Positions 1-7,505 of a stretch of DNA of 64,000 nucleotides are shown here, piece after piece (position 1 is the stretch's first letter; every line of letters begins with the position of its first letter). Position numbers and translations under genes: made by a program. The DNA comes from an uncultured cyanobacterium. GTDB taxonomy: Bacteria > Cyanobacteriota > Cyanobacteriia > Cyanobacteriales > Nostocaceae. Location: contig OY970166.1 of the NCBI GenBank assembly GCA_963706595.1, forward strand, positions 2,048,001-2,112,000, written 5' to 3'. Under the pieces are notes generated by a model. The model made no database searches. It worked only from the letters and a program-made list of their open reading frames with translations, and had not been told where the DNA came from.

Positions 1-53
1 CGAGTCTGGTACTACCCACTTTTAATATTACCTTGCCATCTGCGTCCGAATAA
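1..53 (+). CDS. 3' end of a gene entering the window, possibly a histidine kinase HATPase C-terminus
   Basis: Reads ESGTT/TFNITLPSASE* with one extra C near 15-17, similar to the GTxFxIxLP end of HATPase domains; very short. Confidence 0.35.
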   Translation, partial: SLVLPTFNITLPSASE

Positions 54-111
54 AATTGGAAGCAGGTGGTTTCTCATTTACGGGTTAAATCTTGCGAGGT
101 TGAAAAATTAG

Positions 112-573
112 ATGACAGCGCCTCAACCAAAAGTCTTGACAAACTCCCAGCTTTACGATGAAGATTTTTATCTGTGGCTAGAGACAACAGCTAAACAACT
201 AAAAGCAGGTAAATTAGCGGAAGTTGATTTAGTCAATCTCATTGAAGAAATTGAATGCATGGGGAGAAGTGAAAAAAGAGCGTTAAAAAGTAATTTAATA
301 GTTGTTTTAATGCACTTGCTGAAATATAAGTATCAGCCAGATAAACGTACTAATAGTTGGCTATCTACTATATTTGAGCATCGCCGGAGACTTCAAGAAG
401 GTTTGTTAGAGAGTCCTAGTTTAAAAAACTACTTTGACGAAAATTTTGCGGTATGTTATCAGGATGCAAGACAACAAGCGGCTTTAGAAACTGGTTTGTT
501 AATTGATAATTTTCCTGTGGAGTCTCCTTTTACTGCGGATGAATGTTTGCGTCAAGATTTTTTGCCTGAGTAG
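112..573 (+). CDS. DUF29 family protein
   Basis: LYDEDFYLWLETTAKQL...DLVNLIEEIECMGRSEKRALKSNL..HLLKYKYQP matches the cyanobacterial DUF29 pattern. Confidence 0.9.
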   Translation: MTAPQPKVLTNSQLYDEDFYLWLETTAKQLKAGKLAEVDLVNLIEEIECMGRSEKRALKSNLIVVLMHLLKYKYQPDKRTNSWLSTIFEHRRRLQEGLLESPSLKNYFDENFAVCYQDARQQAALETGLLIDNFPVESPFTADECLRQDFLPE

Positions 574-669
574 CTAAATAGACTCTTTATATTAGCCTAA
601 ATATATGAAGCTGCATGGCATAAAATATCAAGAATAATTGAACGCAGATGGACGCAGATTAACACAGAT

Positions 670-894
670 AAAGATAGGATGTTACATTGAGATATCCCTG
701 TAGATATGCAAGAAACTGAGTTAGAAGTAACAGTGACAGTCAAACCTGTTCACCAAAAAATTGATTTGTTAGCAGAAGAAGTTAACAAACTAAAATGGCA
801 TGATTTCATTAATATGACTTACGGTTGTTTAGCAGATGATCCCATTATTAGACATCCTCAAGGTGAATATGAAGAACGAAAAACAATAGAATGA
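670..894 (+). pseudogene. Decayed antitoxin-like gene (VapB partner)
   Basis: The frame upstream of the 706 ATG reads KDRMLH*DIPVDMQETELEVTVTVKP with an in-frame TGA at 688. The N-terminus is replaced by a simple repeat, and the stop overlaps a MIYLL start (ATGA). Confidence 0.55.
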
Positions 895-913
895 TTTATT
901 TGTTATATGGGAC
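891..913 (+). pseudogene. 5' stub of a PIN/VapC toxin gene
   Basis: ATGATTTATTTGTTA = MIYLL, like the MIYLLDTN start of VapC proteins; cut off by a MITE at 914. Confidence 0.4.
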
Positions 914-1019
914 TATAGCGGTATCCACTCAAATGAAGTACATCATAGGCCCCTCCTCGCTTGAGGGGAGGGGGTTGGGGGTGGGGTTCTTGTATCTCAC
1001 TTAACTGATAACCGCTATA
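914..1019. mobile_element. MITE-like element
   Basis: Terminal inverted repeats TATAGCGGT...ACCGCTATA around a G-rich hairpin repeat. Confidence 0.55.
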
Positions 1020-1045
1020 CTATCTGATGATTGAACAAACACGTA

Positions 1046-1150
1046 GTAGCGTGGCAAGGCTAAAATGTTGCAATAGATTTTTGAGAAAATTCAGATAAAT
1101 CAATGTTTTCGGCTTTTTCCTAATGCACTATTTTAAGCTTGCCACGCTAG
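1046..1150. mobile_element. IS630-derived MITE copy 1 (105 bp)
   Basis: Ends GTAGCGTGGCAAGGCTAAAATGTTGCAATAG...CTAATGCACTATTTTAAGCTTGCCACGCTAG resemble the adjacent IS630 inverted repeats; TA on both sides. Confidence 0.9.
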
Positions 1151-1152
1151 TA

Positions 1153-1257
1153 GTGGCGTGACAAGGCTAAAATGTTGCAATAGATTTTTGAGAAAATTGA
1201 GATAAATCAATGTTTTCTGCTTTTACCTAATGCACTATTTTAAGCTTGTCACACCAG
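1153..1257. mobile_element. IS630-derived MITE copy 2 (105 bp)
   Basis: Near-identical tandem copy of 1046-1150, separated from its neighbours by TA. Confidence 0.9.
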
Positions 1258-1259
1258 TA

Positions 1260-2508
1260 GTGGCGTGACAAGCTTAAAATGTTGCATTAGAATCAACGAT
1301 TTTGTGAGTTTCAAACACTGGGTAAAGATGTTTAAGTTTGATACGAGCATCATCAGTAGTAAAACGCCAAATAACTTTACCTGCGGTGCGGTTACGTTCG
1401 TTTTGCCAAGCGGTCAATTCTCTAGATAGTTGACAAATACTAGGAATTCGTCGGTCTAGGCACTGTTGGCTTAAAACGCTTAATTCAATTTCGGCAACGT
1501 TGAGCCAGCTTCCATTGCGAGGAGTGTAATAAATCTCCAGTCTCCTAGCCAAGCGGTGAGCTTCTGGTGCGGGAAAAGCTTCGTAAAGTGATGTAATGCT
1601 ATGAGTGTTGAGGTTGTCACATAGCAATTTGACCTTGGTGGCTTGGGGATAGTCTTCATCTAATAGTTGACGGACTTCTTCGGCCCAATCAACACGAGTC
1701 CGATGAGCGCGATTGCTGACACGTCGCCAACCTCTGATAGGGTCAAAAAACATGAACAAAGCTTGGACTCCTTCGCGAGTATAGTGATAATCTTCTTTTG
1801 CATCTTCACCCGGTTCCATTGGTTTTGGCTCATAAAGATGCCCTGTTAATTGTCTAGAAGCTTCATCCATACAGATTAAAGGTTCCAAATCACTATGTTC
1901 TTGGCTGTAGAGGTCTAAAACTACTTCCATTTGAGAGACAAAACGTGCTATATCCCGTTCGGGAATACAAAATCTTTCTGTTTTCCAGGGGCGTAATTTG
2001 TTTTTTTTAATGTCTTTCTAATCGTCTCCCTAGAAATTTCTATGATAATTTTTCGGTTTTGAATTTCTTGCGTCAGTAATCTGAGACTCCAGTGTGCTTG
2101 CCCCGTGGGAGGTTCAGAACAACATAATGCAATGATTTGGGCTTCAGTCTGACCATCTATCTTGCTGACATTTGGTGGTTTTAACCTCTGATGACGATTT
2201 AAGGCAGGTTCTTCTCCCTGTTCGAGGAACCTCTTCCTGATTCTTGCCACCGTATTGCGATGAACCCTTAACCCTATACTTATTTCTTCATCTGTCCATT
2301 TTTTCCTTGCACCCTCTCCCTCATCGCACATTAACAACACCTGTGCGTGCAATATTTTTTTGGCTGGGGCCTGTCCGTTGCGAGCGATCGCTTCTAATCT
2401 TTTTCTTTTCTCTGTATCTAATATGACTTTATCTCTACGACCTCTCCCCATCAATTTCTCCTTTTTTTTCCTCCATTCTAATGCACTATTTTAAGCTTGC
2501 CATGCCAC
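1260..2508 (-). mobile_element. IS630-family insertion sequence (1249 bp)
   Basis: ~34-bp imperfect inverted repeats GTGGCGTGACAAGCTTAAAATGTTGCATTAGAAT / ATTCTAATGCACTATTTTAAGCTTGCCATGCCAC, TA flanks, HTH and DDE ORFs. Confidence 0.95.
1274..2454 (-). CDS. IS630 transposase (ORF A HTH 1948-2454, ORF B DDE 1274-1930, joined by a programmed -1 frameshift)
   Basis: MDE, DNLNTH and YTPRNGSWLNVAEIELS DDE motifs; an A8 slippery run on the minus strand at 2001-2008 gives KTLKK-NKLRPW. Confidence 0.92.
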
Positions 2509-2510
2509 TA

Positions 2511-2616
2511 CTGGCGTGGCAAGGCTAAAATGTTGCAATAGATTTTTGAGAAAATTGGGATAAATCAATGTTTTCTGCTTTTTACCTAATGCACTATTTT
2601 AAGCTTGCCACGCTAG
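2511..2616. mobile_element. IS630-derived MITE copy 3 (106 bp)
   Basis: Same sequence as copies 1-2, TA-flanked. Confidence 0.9.
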
Positions 2617-2759
2617 TAGGGTGCGTTATGGACTTTAGTCCTAACGCACCGATAATCTAGGATGGTGCGTTGCGCTACGCGACAACACACCCTACAAAAC
2701 ATAATTTTGAGTTACCGAATCATTTGTGTGTACACCGTAGCCGTTTTAACAGTTATCAG
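2616..2759. repeat. REP-like GTAG double-hairpin plus one MITE end; inverted copy at 14664-14807
   Basis: GTAGGGTGCGTTA..TAACGCACC and GGTGCGTTG..CAACACACCCTAC hairpins; 144-bp reverse-complement match to 14664-14807. Confidence 0.85.
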
Positions 2760-2891
2760 TTATCAGTCAAGAGACTTATTTGGCTTTAATCTTTGGTTTT
2801 ATTTTCGTTAAATTTGTTCCCAGCCATAAACTTTATACACTCAAATACTGAGATGTGAGCTAAACTATTGCCATTGTGTGCGGAGTTAACA

Positions 2892-4076
2892 ATGGCGAGT
2901 CAAAGAGTGTCGCAATTACTGTCACTTGGTTTTATTAGTGGCTGCTTTTGTCTAGGTATTGGGATGGGAGTTTTGATTCGCTTTGGACAATTTCCATTAT
3001 CAGGTGCGATCGCCTCATTCACTGAAACTGAGTTATCTCCCTTTGCTGAACCAGAACTTACGCCAACGCCAGAGTCAGAAAAAACTGTTTTAAATACCGT
3101 TAGTATCAAAGCAGTTGGGGATATTATTCCGGGAACTAACTTTCCTGATTATAGATTGCCTAAGTCTCCAAATAAATTGTTACCAAAATCTGTGCGTAAA
3201 TACTTGCAAGGTTCTAATATTTTGCTGGGTAACTTGGAAAGCACCTTCACTAACCATCCCTATACTTCTAAAAATATCAGTCGGGGACAAGTTTTTGCTT
3301 TTCGTTCTCCACCTAGTTATGCAAAGTTATTTTCTCAGGTGGGGTTTAATGTCTTGCATATAGCAAATAACCATGCAATGGACTTTGGACAGGTGGGTTT
3401 TCAGGATACAATGAACAACCTGAAAAACGTTGGTATTGCGACGTTAGGTCATAAAAATCAAATTCTTTATTTTGAAGCCAATAATATGGCGATCGCCATG
3501 ATCGGTTTTGCTCCCTATAATATGTATAATTCTATTCAGAACCTCACAGCAGCCCAAGCATTGGTCGCTGAAGCTAAAAAAAATGCTGATATTGTTATTG
3601 TATCTATGCACGCTGGGGCGGAAGGAACCGCAGCACTCCATGTGAGAAATAAAACCGAGTTTTTCTATGGAGAAAACCGAGGTAATTCTATCCAGTTTGC
3701 ACGAACCGTCATAGATGCGGGAGCAGATTTAGTGCTAGGACATGGCCCTCATGTTCCCAGAGCAATGGAAATGTATCAGGGGAAATTGATCGCTTATTCT
3801 TTGGGTAACTTTCTCGGATATCGGACTTTATCAACAAAGGCTCAGACTGCATACTCAATGATATTAGAAGTCAAACTAAATTCTCAAGGTGAATTAGTTG
3901 CAGGTCAGATTATCCCCATACATTTAAATAGACAGGGAATACCTGAAATTGACCAGCGTTTTCGGTCTGTGGGACTGCTGCGGAATTTAAATAAAAATGA
4001 TCATCTTGTGGGACCGATACAAATTAACGATCAAGGGGAAATTGTCTTGCGCCAGAATAATCCAGATATCCAATAG
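2892..4076 (+). CDS. CapA/PGA_cap family metallophosphatase-like protein
   Basis: AVGDI, GNLES, ANNHAMDFG, SMHAGAE, GHGPHV and YSLGNF motifs; N-terminal membrane anchor; GGAG RBS before ATG 2892. Confidence 0.88.
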   Translation: MASQRVSQLLSLGFISGCFCLGIGMGVLIRFGQFPLSGAIASFTETELSPFAEPELTPTPESEKTVLNTVSIKAVGDIIPGTNFPDYRLPKSPNKLLPKSVRKYLQGSNILLGNLESTFTNHPYTSKNISRGQVFAFRSPPSYAKLFSQVGFNVLHIANNHAMDFGQVGFQDTMNNLKNVGIATLGHKNQILYFEANNMAIAMIGFAPYNMYNSIQNLTAAQALVAEAKKNADIVIVSMHAGAEGTAALHVRNKTEFFYGENRGNSIQFARTVIDAGADLVLGHGPHVPRAMEMYQGKLIAYSLGNFLGYRTLSTKAQTAYSMILEVKLNSQGELVAGQIIPIHLNRQGIPEIDQRFRSVGLLRNLNKNDHLVGPIQINDQGEIVLRQNNPDIQ

Positions 4077-4118
4077 CACTTTTAGATAAATATCAGCGTT
4101 ATAATTGCTTAAATATAC

Positions 4119-4354
4119 TTGACAATCACAGTAGTTATCGTAGATATTTAGATTAAGCTAATTTTTGGCAGACCTATAGTGAGGTCAAAAACCCTGGGGG
4201 GTTTGCCAAATCGCCAGAACCTTGACAAATCAATAGTTACAGCGTTTCATGAGTTTCAATTGCGAATTTCGCGAAGTCTGAAATAGGGTTTCTAGATCAC
4301 CTTTGCCAAAATCGCCTCCAGAATCCACTGTTAGACTATGTTTCAAATGGCGGT
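4119..4354 (+). promoter_or_regulatory. CRISPR leader
   Basis: Non-coding region next to the non-degenerate end of the array; TTGACA at 4119 and 4222; TTTGCCAAA at 4202 and 4302, inverted TTTGGC at 4164. Confidence 0.7.
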
Positions 4355-5267
4355 CTTTCCGCTAACTAATTCCCCGCAAGGGGATTGAAACATTTATTAC
4401 TCAGGCTTCACGATTGACAAATATTGCACTTTCCGCTAACTAATTCCCCGCAAGGGGATTGAAACTTTGCGGCTTTGGCCATCGCAGAGAGACTGAATTC
4501 TCTTTCCGCTAACTAATTCCCCGCAAGGGGATTGAAACTTTAGGCATCGGGAATAATGAGCAAATCACTAGTACTTTCCGCTAACTAATTCCCCGCAAGG
4601 GGATTGAAACATTTTAATGCTACTTTTGGTGCAAATATCAATATTACCTTTCCGCTAACTAATTCCCCGCAAGGGGATTGAAACATGCAACCGGAGTATC
4701 AGCCCCAACAAGCCCCGGCTCTTTCCGCTAACTAATTCCCCGCAAGGGGATTGAAACTGGCACTTGATCTCCGCAATCATCTCAGTATCCTCTTTCCGCT
4801 AACTAATTCCCCGCAAGGGGATTGAAACATATCTGATCCCTCGGCAACCCAGTAAATGTTGCTCTTTCCGCTAACTAATTCCCCGCAAGGGGATTGAAAC
4901 TTTAGAGAAAGCATATCTTACGTTGAGAATAAATATGTTTCTTTCCGCTAACTAATTCCCCGCAAGGGGATTGAAACAGGTTTTCAATAGCATTCATGAG
5001 TAGAGTTTTAGAACTTTCCGCTAACTAATTCCCCGCAAGGGGATTGAAACCGAATTAATAGGAAGCTTGGCTACGGCCGCTTTGGCTTTCCGCTAACTAA
5101 TTCCCCGCAAGGGGATTGAAACAAAGCTTTCATGTTGTAGAAAGAATGTTTAACACCGTTCTTTCCGCGAACTAATTCCCCGCAAGGGGATTAAAACACT
5201 TAAGGACATCAACCTTTTTTGGGCTGGCATTTCTTCTTTGCGCTAATTAATTCCCCGCAAGGGGATT
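4355..5267 (+). CRISPR. CRISPR array, 13 repeats of 37 bp and 12 spacers of 34-40 bp; no cas genes in the window
   Basis: Repeat CTTTCCGCTAACTAATTCCCCGCAAGGGGATTGAAAC at 4355, 4429, 4502, 4574, 4648, 4721, 4792, 4864, 4941, 5014, 5086, variant at 5161, degenerate at 5236; CCCC-GCAA-GGGG hairpin and GAAAC 3' end. Confidence 0.98.
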
Positions 5268-5331
5268 TAGGGGGCAAAATAGACTCAAATGCAGCCCAGT
5301 TTTCGGTAACGGAGGTTAGGGTAAATCTCAC

Positions 5332-5871
5332 TCAAATCTGAATACTTAACAAAGAGGCGATCGCTTCATCGCACCATTCAATCCACATAGTTTCGTAGCG
5401 AATCCCGCACCGCAGGGTGAGATAGATATGTCGTTGCGGGCGAGACAGATGATTTAAATCGCCAAATTCTAGTTCACGGGAGAGATAATGCTGCAATTTT
5501 TGCTGATGGAATTGCTTGCGGCGCTCAATTTCACGGATGAGGATATCTTCAGGAACGATAAATCCACTGCGTACTTTTACCAGTAAATCTTCACGGATTG
5601 CGGTTGCTTCAGAAGGTTCGGCAATCCAAGAAATCAATTCTTGTCTACCTACATCGGTGAGAGAATAGATTTTTTTGTCAGGACGAGCCGATTGTGGTAA
5701 TATTTCCACTTCTACCCAGTCTTTCTCCTGCATTCGTGCCAGTTCTCGATAAATCTGCTGCGAGGTGGCTTGCCAGTAGCAACTTACTTTTTCATTAAAT
5801 TCTTTGCTCAGATCGTAGCCTGTCCGAGGAGATTGAAGCAAGATGCTGGCGATCGCATGGGCTAAACTCAT
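5332..5871 (-). CDS. PadR family transcriptional regulator (with Vir_act_alpha_C-like C-terminus)
   Basis: SLAHAI..GYDL..W.A..QQIYREL..RPDKKIYSLTDVGRQEL. Confidence 0.92.
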   Translation of the reverse strand: MSLAHAIASILLQSPRTGYDLSKEFNEKVSCYWQATSQQIYRELARMQEKDWVEVEILPQSARPDKKIYSLTDVGRQELISWIAEPSEATAIREDLLVKVRSGFIVPEDILIREIERRKQFHQQKLQHYLSRELEFGDLNHLSRPQRHIYLTLRCGIRYETMWIEWCDEAIASLLSIQI

Positions 5872-5885
5872 AATTCTATCTTGAC

Positions 5886-5950
5886 ATAAACAACTAGTTG
5901 CATATACCCTTTGATTTATATAACTAGTTTTATAACAGTCAGTTGAATAT
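5886..5950. promoter_or_regulatory. Putative PadR operator palindromes in the divergent promoter
   Basis: ATAAACAACTAGTTGCATAT, TATATAACTAGTTTTATA and ATAACAGTCAGTTGAATAT, next to TTGACA at 5881. Confidence 0.6.
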
Positions 5951-5995
5951 CACAACGCTTCTTGTCAACGTAGCATAAAAATCATTCGCCAGTTT

Positions 5996-7315
5996 ATGGA
6001 AGCCCAAATTCAAGATATAGATGATGAGGCTGCCTCGCCTTTGAAGAATTCAAAAAAGATCGGAGTCAGAAATCTGCTGATTGCGAGTGGGATGGTAGCG
6101 GCAATGGCCTTCGGAGTATATGAACGGTTGTCTACTGGTCAAGAAGTGGCTATTTCTCCGCCATTGGCAGTGCAAGTCATCAAGCTCAAGCCTGTACAGT
6201 CATACGAAACCACACGATTTTATACAGGTGAAGTAGTGTCCACTCGCCGCAGCGACTTGGGCTTTGAACGAGGGGGAAAAGTGACTGAAATTATCTTCAA
6301 TCGCGGACAAACCGTAGAAAAAGGCGCAGTCATTGCCCGGTTAGATACGCAAAATCTCCAAGCACAATTAGCACAATTAACAGCACAGCGATCGCGTGCA
6401 GTGGCAGAATTACGAGAATTGCAGAATGGACCACGCAAAGAAACCATTGCTGCGGCTCGTTCTCAAGTGGAAAATTTAGAAAATCAGTTGCGGCTAGAAA
6501 ATATTCGTCGCGATCGCCGCAGTTCTCTGTACGAAGCAGGAGCGATTTCCCGTGAACAGTTGGATGAAGTGGCATTTAATCGGGATGCCCTCGCCGACCG
6601 CCTCGCTGCTACTCAAAGTGAATTAGAAGCATTGCAAAACGGGACACGCCAAGAACAAATCGCTGCCCAAGCCGCTACGGTGGCGGAAATTACAGCCAGT
6701 ATGGGCGATGTAGAAATCAATATTGAAAAAAGCATTCTCCGCGCTCCTTTTCGTGGTGTAGTTGGGGAACGAAATTTAGATGAAGGCACTGTGGTGCAAG
6801 CCGGACAGCCGATTGTGCGCCTAGTGGAAAAACTCACCCCGGAAGTAGAAATTGGCGTACCGCCCCAAGTCGTGCAGACTTTGAAAGTGGGGAGTCGTCA
6901 ACAGGTGCAGGTGGGTGAGCAAATTTATACTGCCCAAGTGCTGGCTCATAAACCAGAGATCAACCCCCAAACCCGGACTCGGACAGTGGTTTTGCAATTG
7001 GTTTCTACAGGTCAAACTATGCCAGCATCGGGAGAAATCGCTCGTCTACAAGTGGAACAAATGGTCTCTACCCAGGGATTTTGGTTGCCAGTAACCGCCT
7101 TAATTAAAGGAGAGCGCGGATTATGGTCTTGTTTTGCCATTGCGCCAGAGGGAGAAACCTATCGCATCGAACGGCGGGATGTGGAAGTGTTGTATACCGA
7201 AGGCGATCGCATCTTAGTACGTGGCACAATCATCGCCGGGGAAGAAGTTGTCAAAAGTGGCGCACACCGCTTGGTTTCTGGGCAAATCGTTAAATCAGTG
7301 GACAGTGAACAGTGA
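5996..7315 (+). CDS. RND efflux periplasmic adaptor (membrane fusion protein)
   Basis: N-terminal TM segment, lipoyl-like halves (LGFERGGKV..GQTVEKGAVIARLD; LRAPFRGVV), long coiled-coil hairpin. Confidence 0.92.
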   Translation: MEAQIQDIDDEAASPLKNSKKIGVRNLLIASGMVAAMAFGVYERLSTGQEVAISPPLAVQVIKLKPVQSYETTRFYTGEVVSTRRSDLGFERGGKVTEIIFNRGQTVEKGAVIARLDTQNLQAQLAQLTAQRSRAVAELRELQNGPRKETIAAARSQVENLENQLRLENIRRDRRSSLYEAGAISREQLDEVAFNRDALADRLAATQSELEALQNGTRQEQIAAQAATVAEITASMGDVEINIEKSILRAPFRGVVGERNLDEGTVVQAGQPIVRLVEKLTPEVEIGVPPQVVQTLKVGSRQQVQVGEQIYTAQVLAHKPEINPQTRTRTVVLQLVSTGQTMPASGEIARLQVEQMVSTQGFWLPVTALIKGERGLWSCFAIAPEGETYRIERRDVEVLYTEGDRILVRGTIIAGEEVVKSGAHRLVSGQIVKSVDSEQ

Positions 7316-7470
7316 ACAGTTATCACGCCAATTATCCAGATAAACGTTAGCGTAGCGTGCGCGAAGCGCATACCGCAGAGACACAGAGAACACAGAGGTA
7401 TGAGAGTTTGAGAGGTTTTTTGCGTTAGATGGTTGAGTGTTTTTTTATTTGAAAGTCTCTTATCTCTCTT

Positions 7471-7505
7471 GACTGATAACTGATAACTGATAACTGACAA
7501 CTGAT
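7471..7505. repeat. Heptamer tandem repeat (CTGATAA)n
   Basis: gactgataactgataactgataactgacaactgata. Confidence 0.8.

Noticed and set aside
1044..1290. ~107-bp tandem units as a second CRISPR-like or regulatory array
   Set aside because: Whole units are near-identical with no unique spacers, and their ends match the IS630 inverted repeats; they are MITEs
4392..5235. Self-targeting spacers
   Set aside because: No match to the window seen by eye; a proper search was not possible
2868..5871. Genes flanking the array as cas or Cas-associated genes
   Set aside because: They carry clear CapA and PadR motifs, and the PadR is explained by the divergent RND operon
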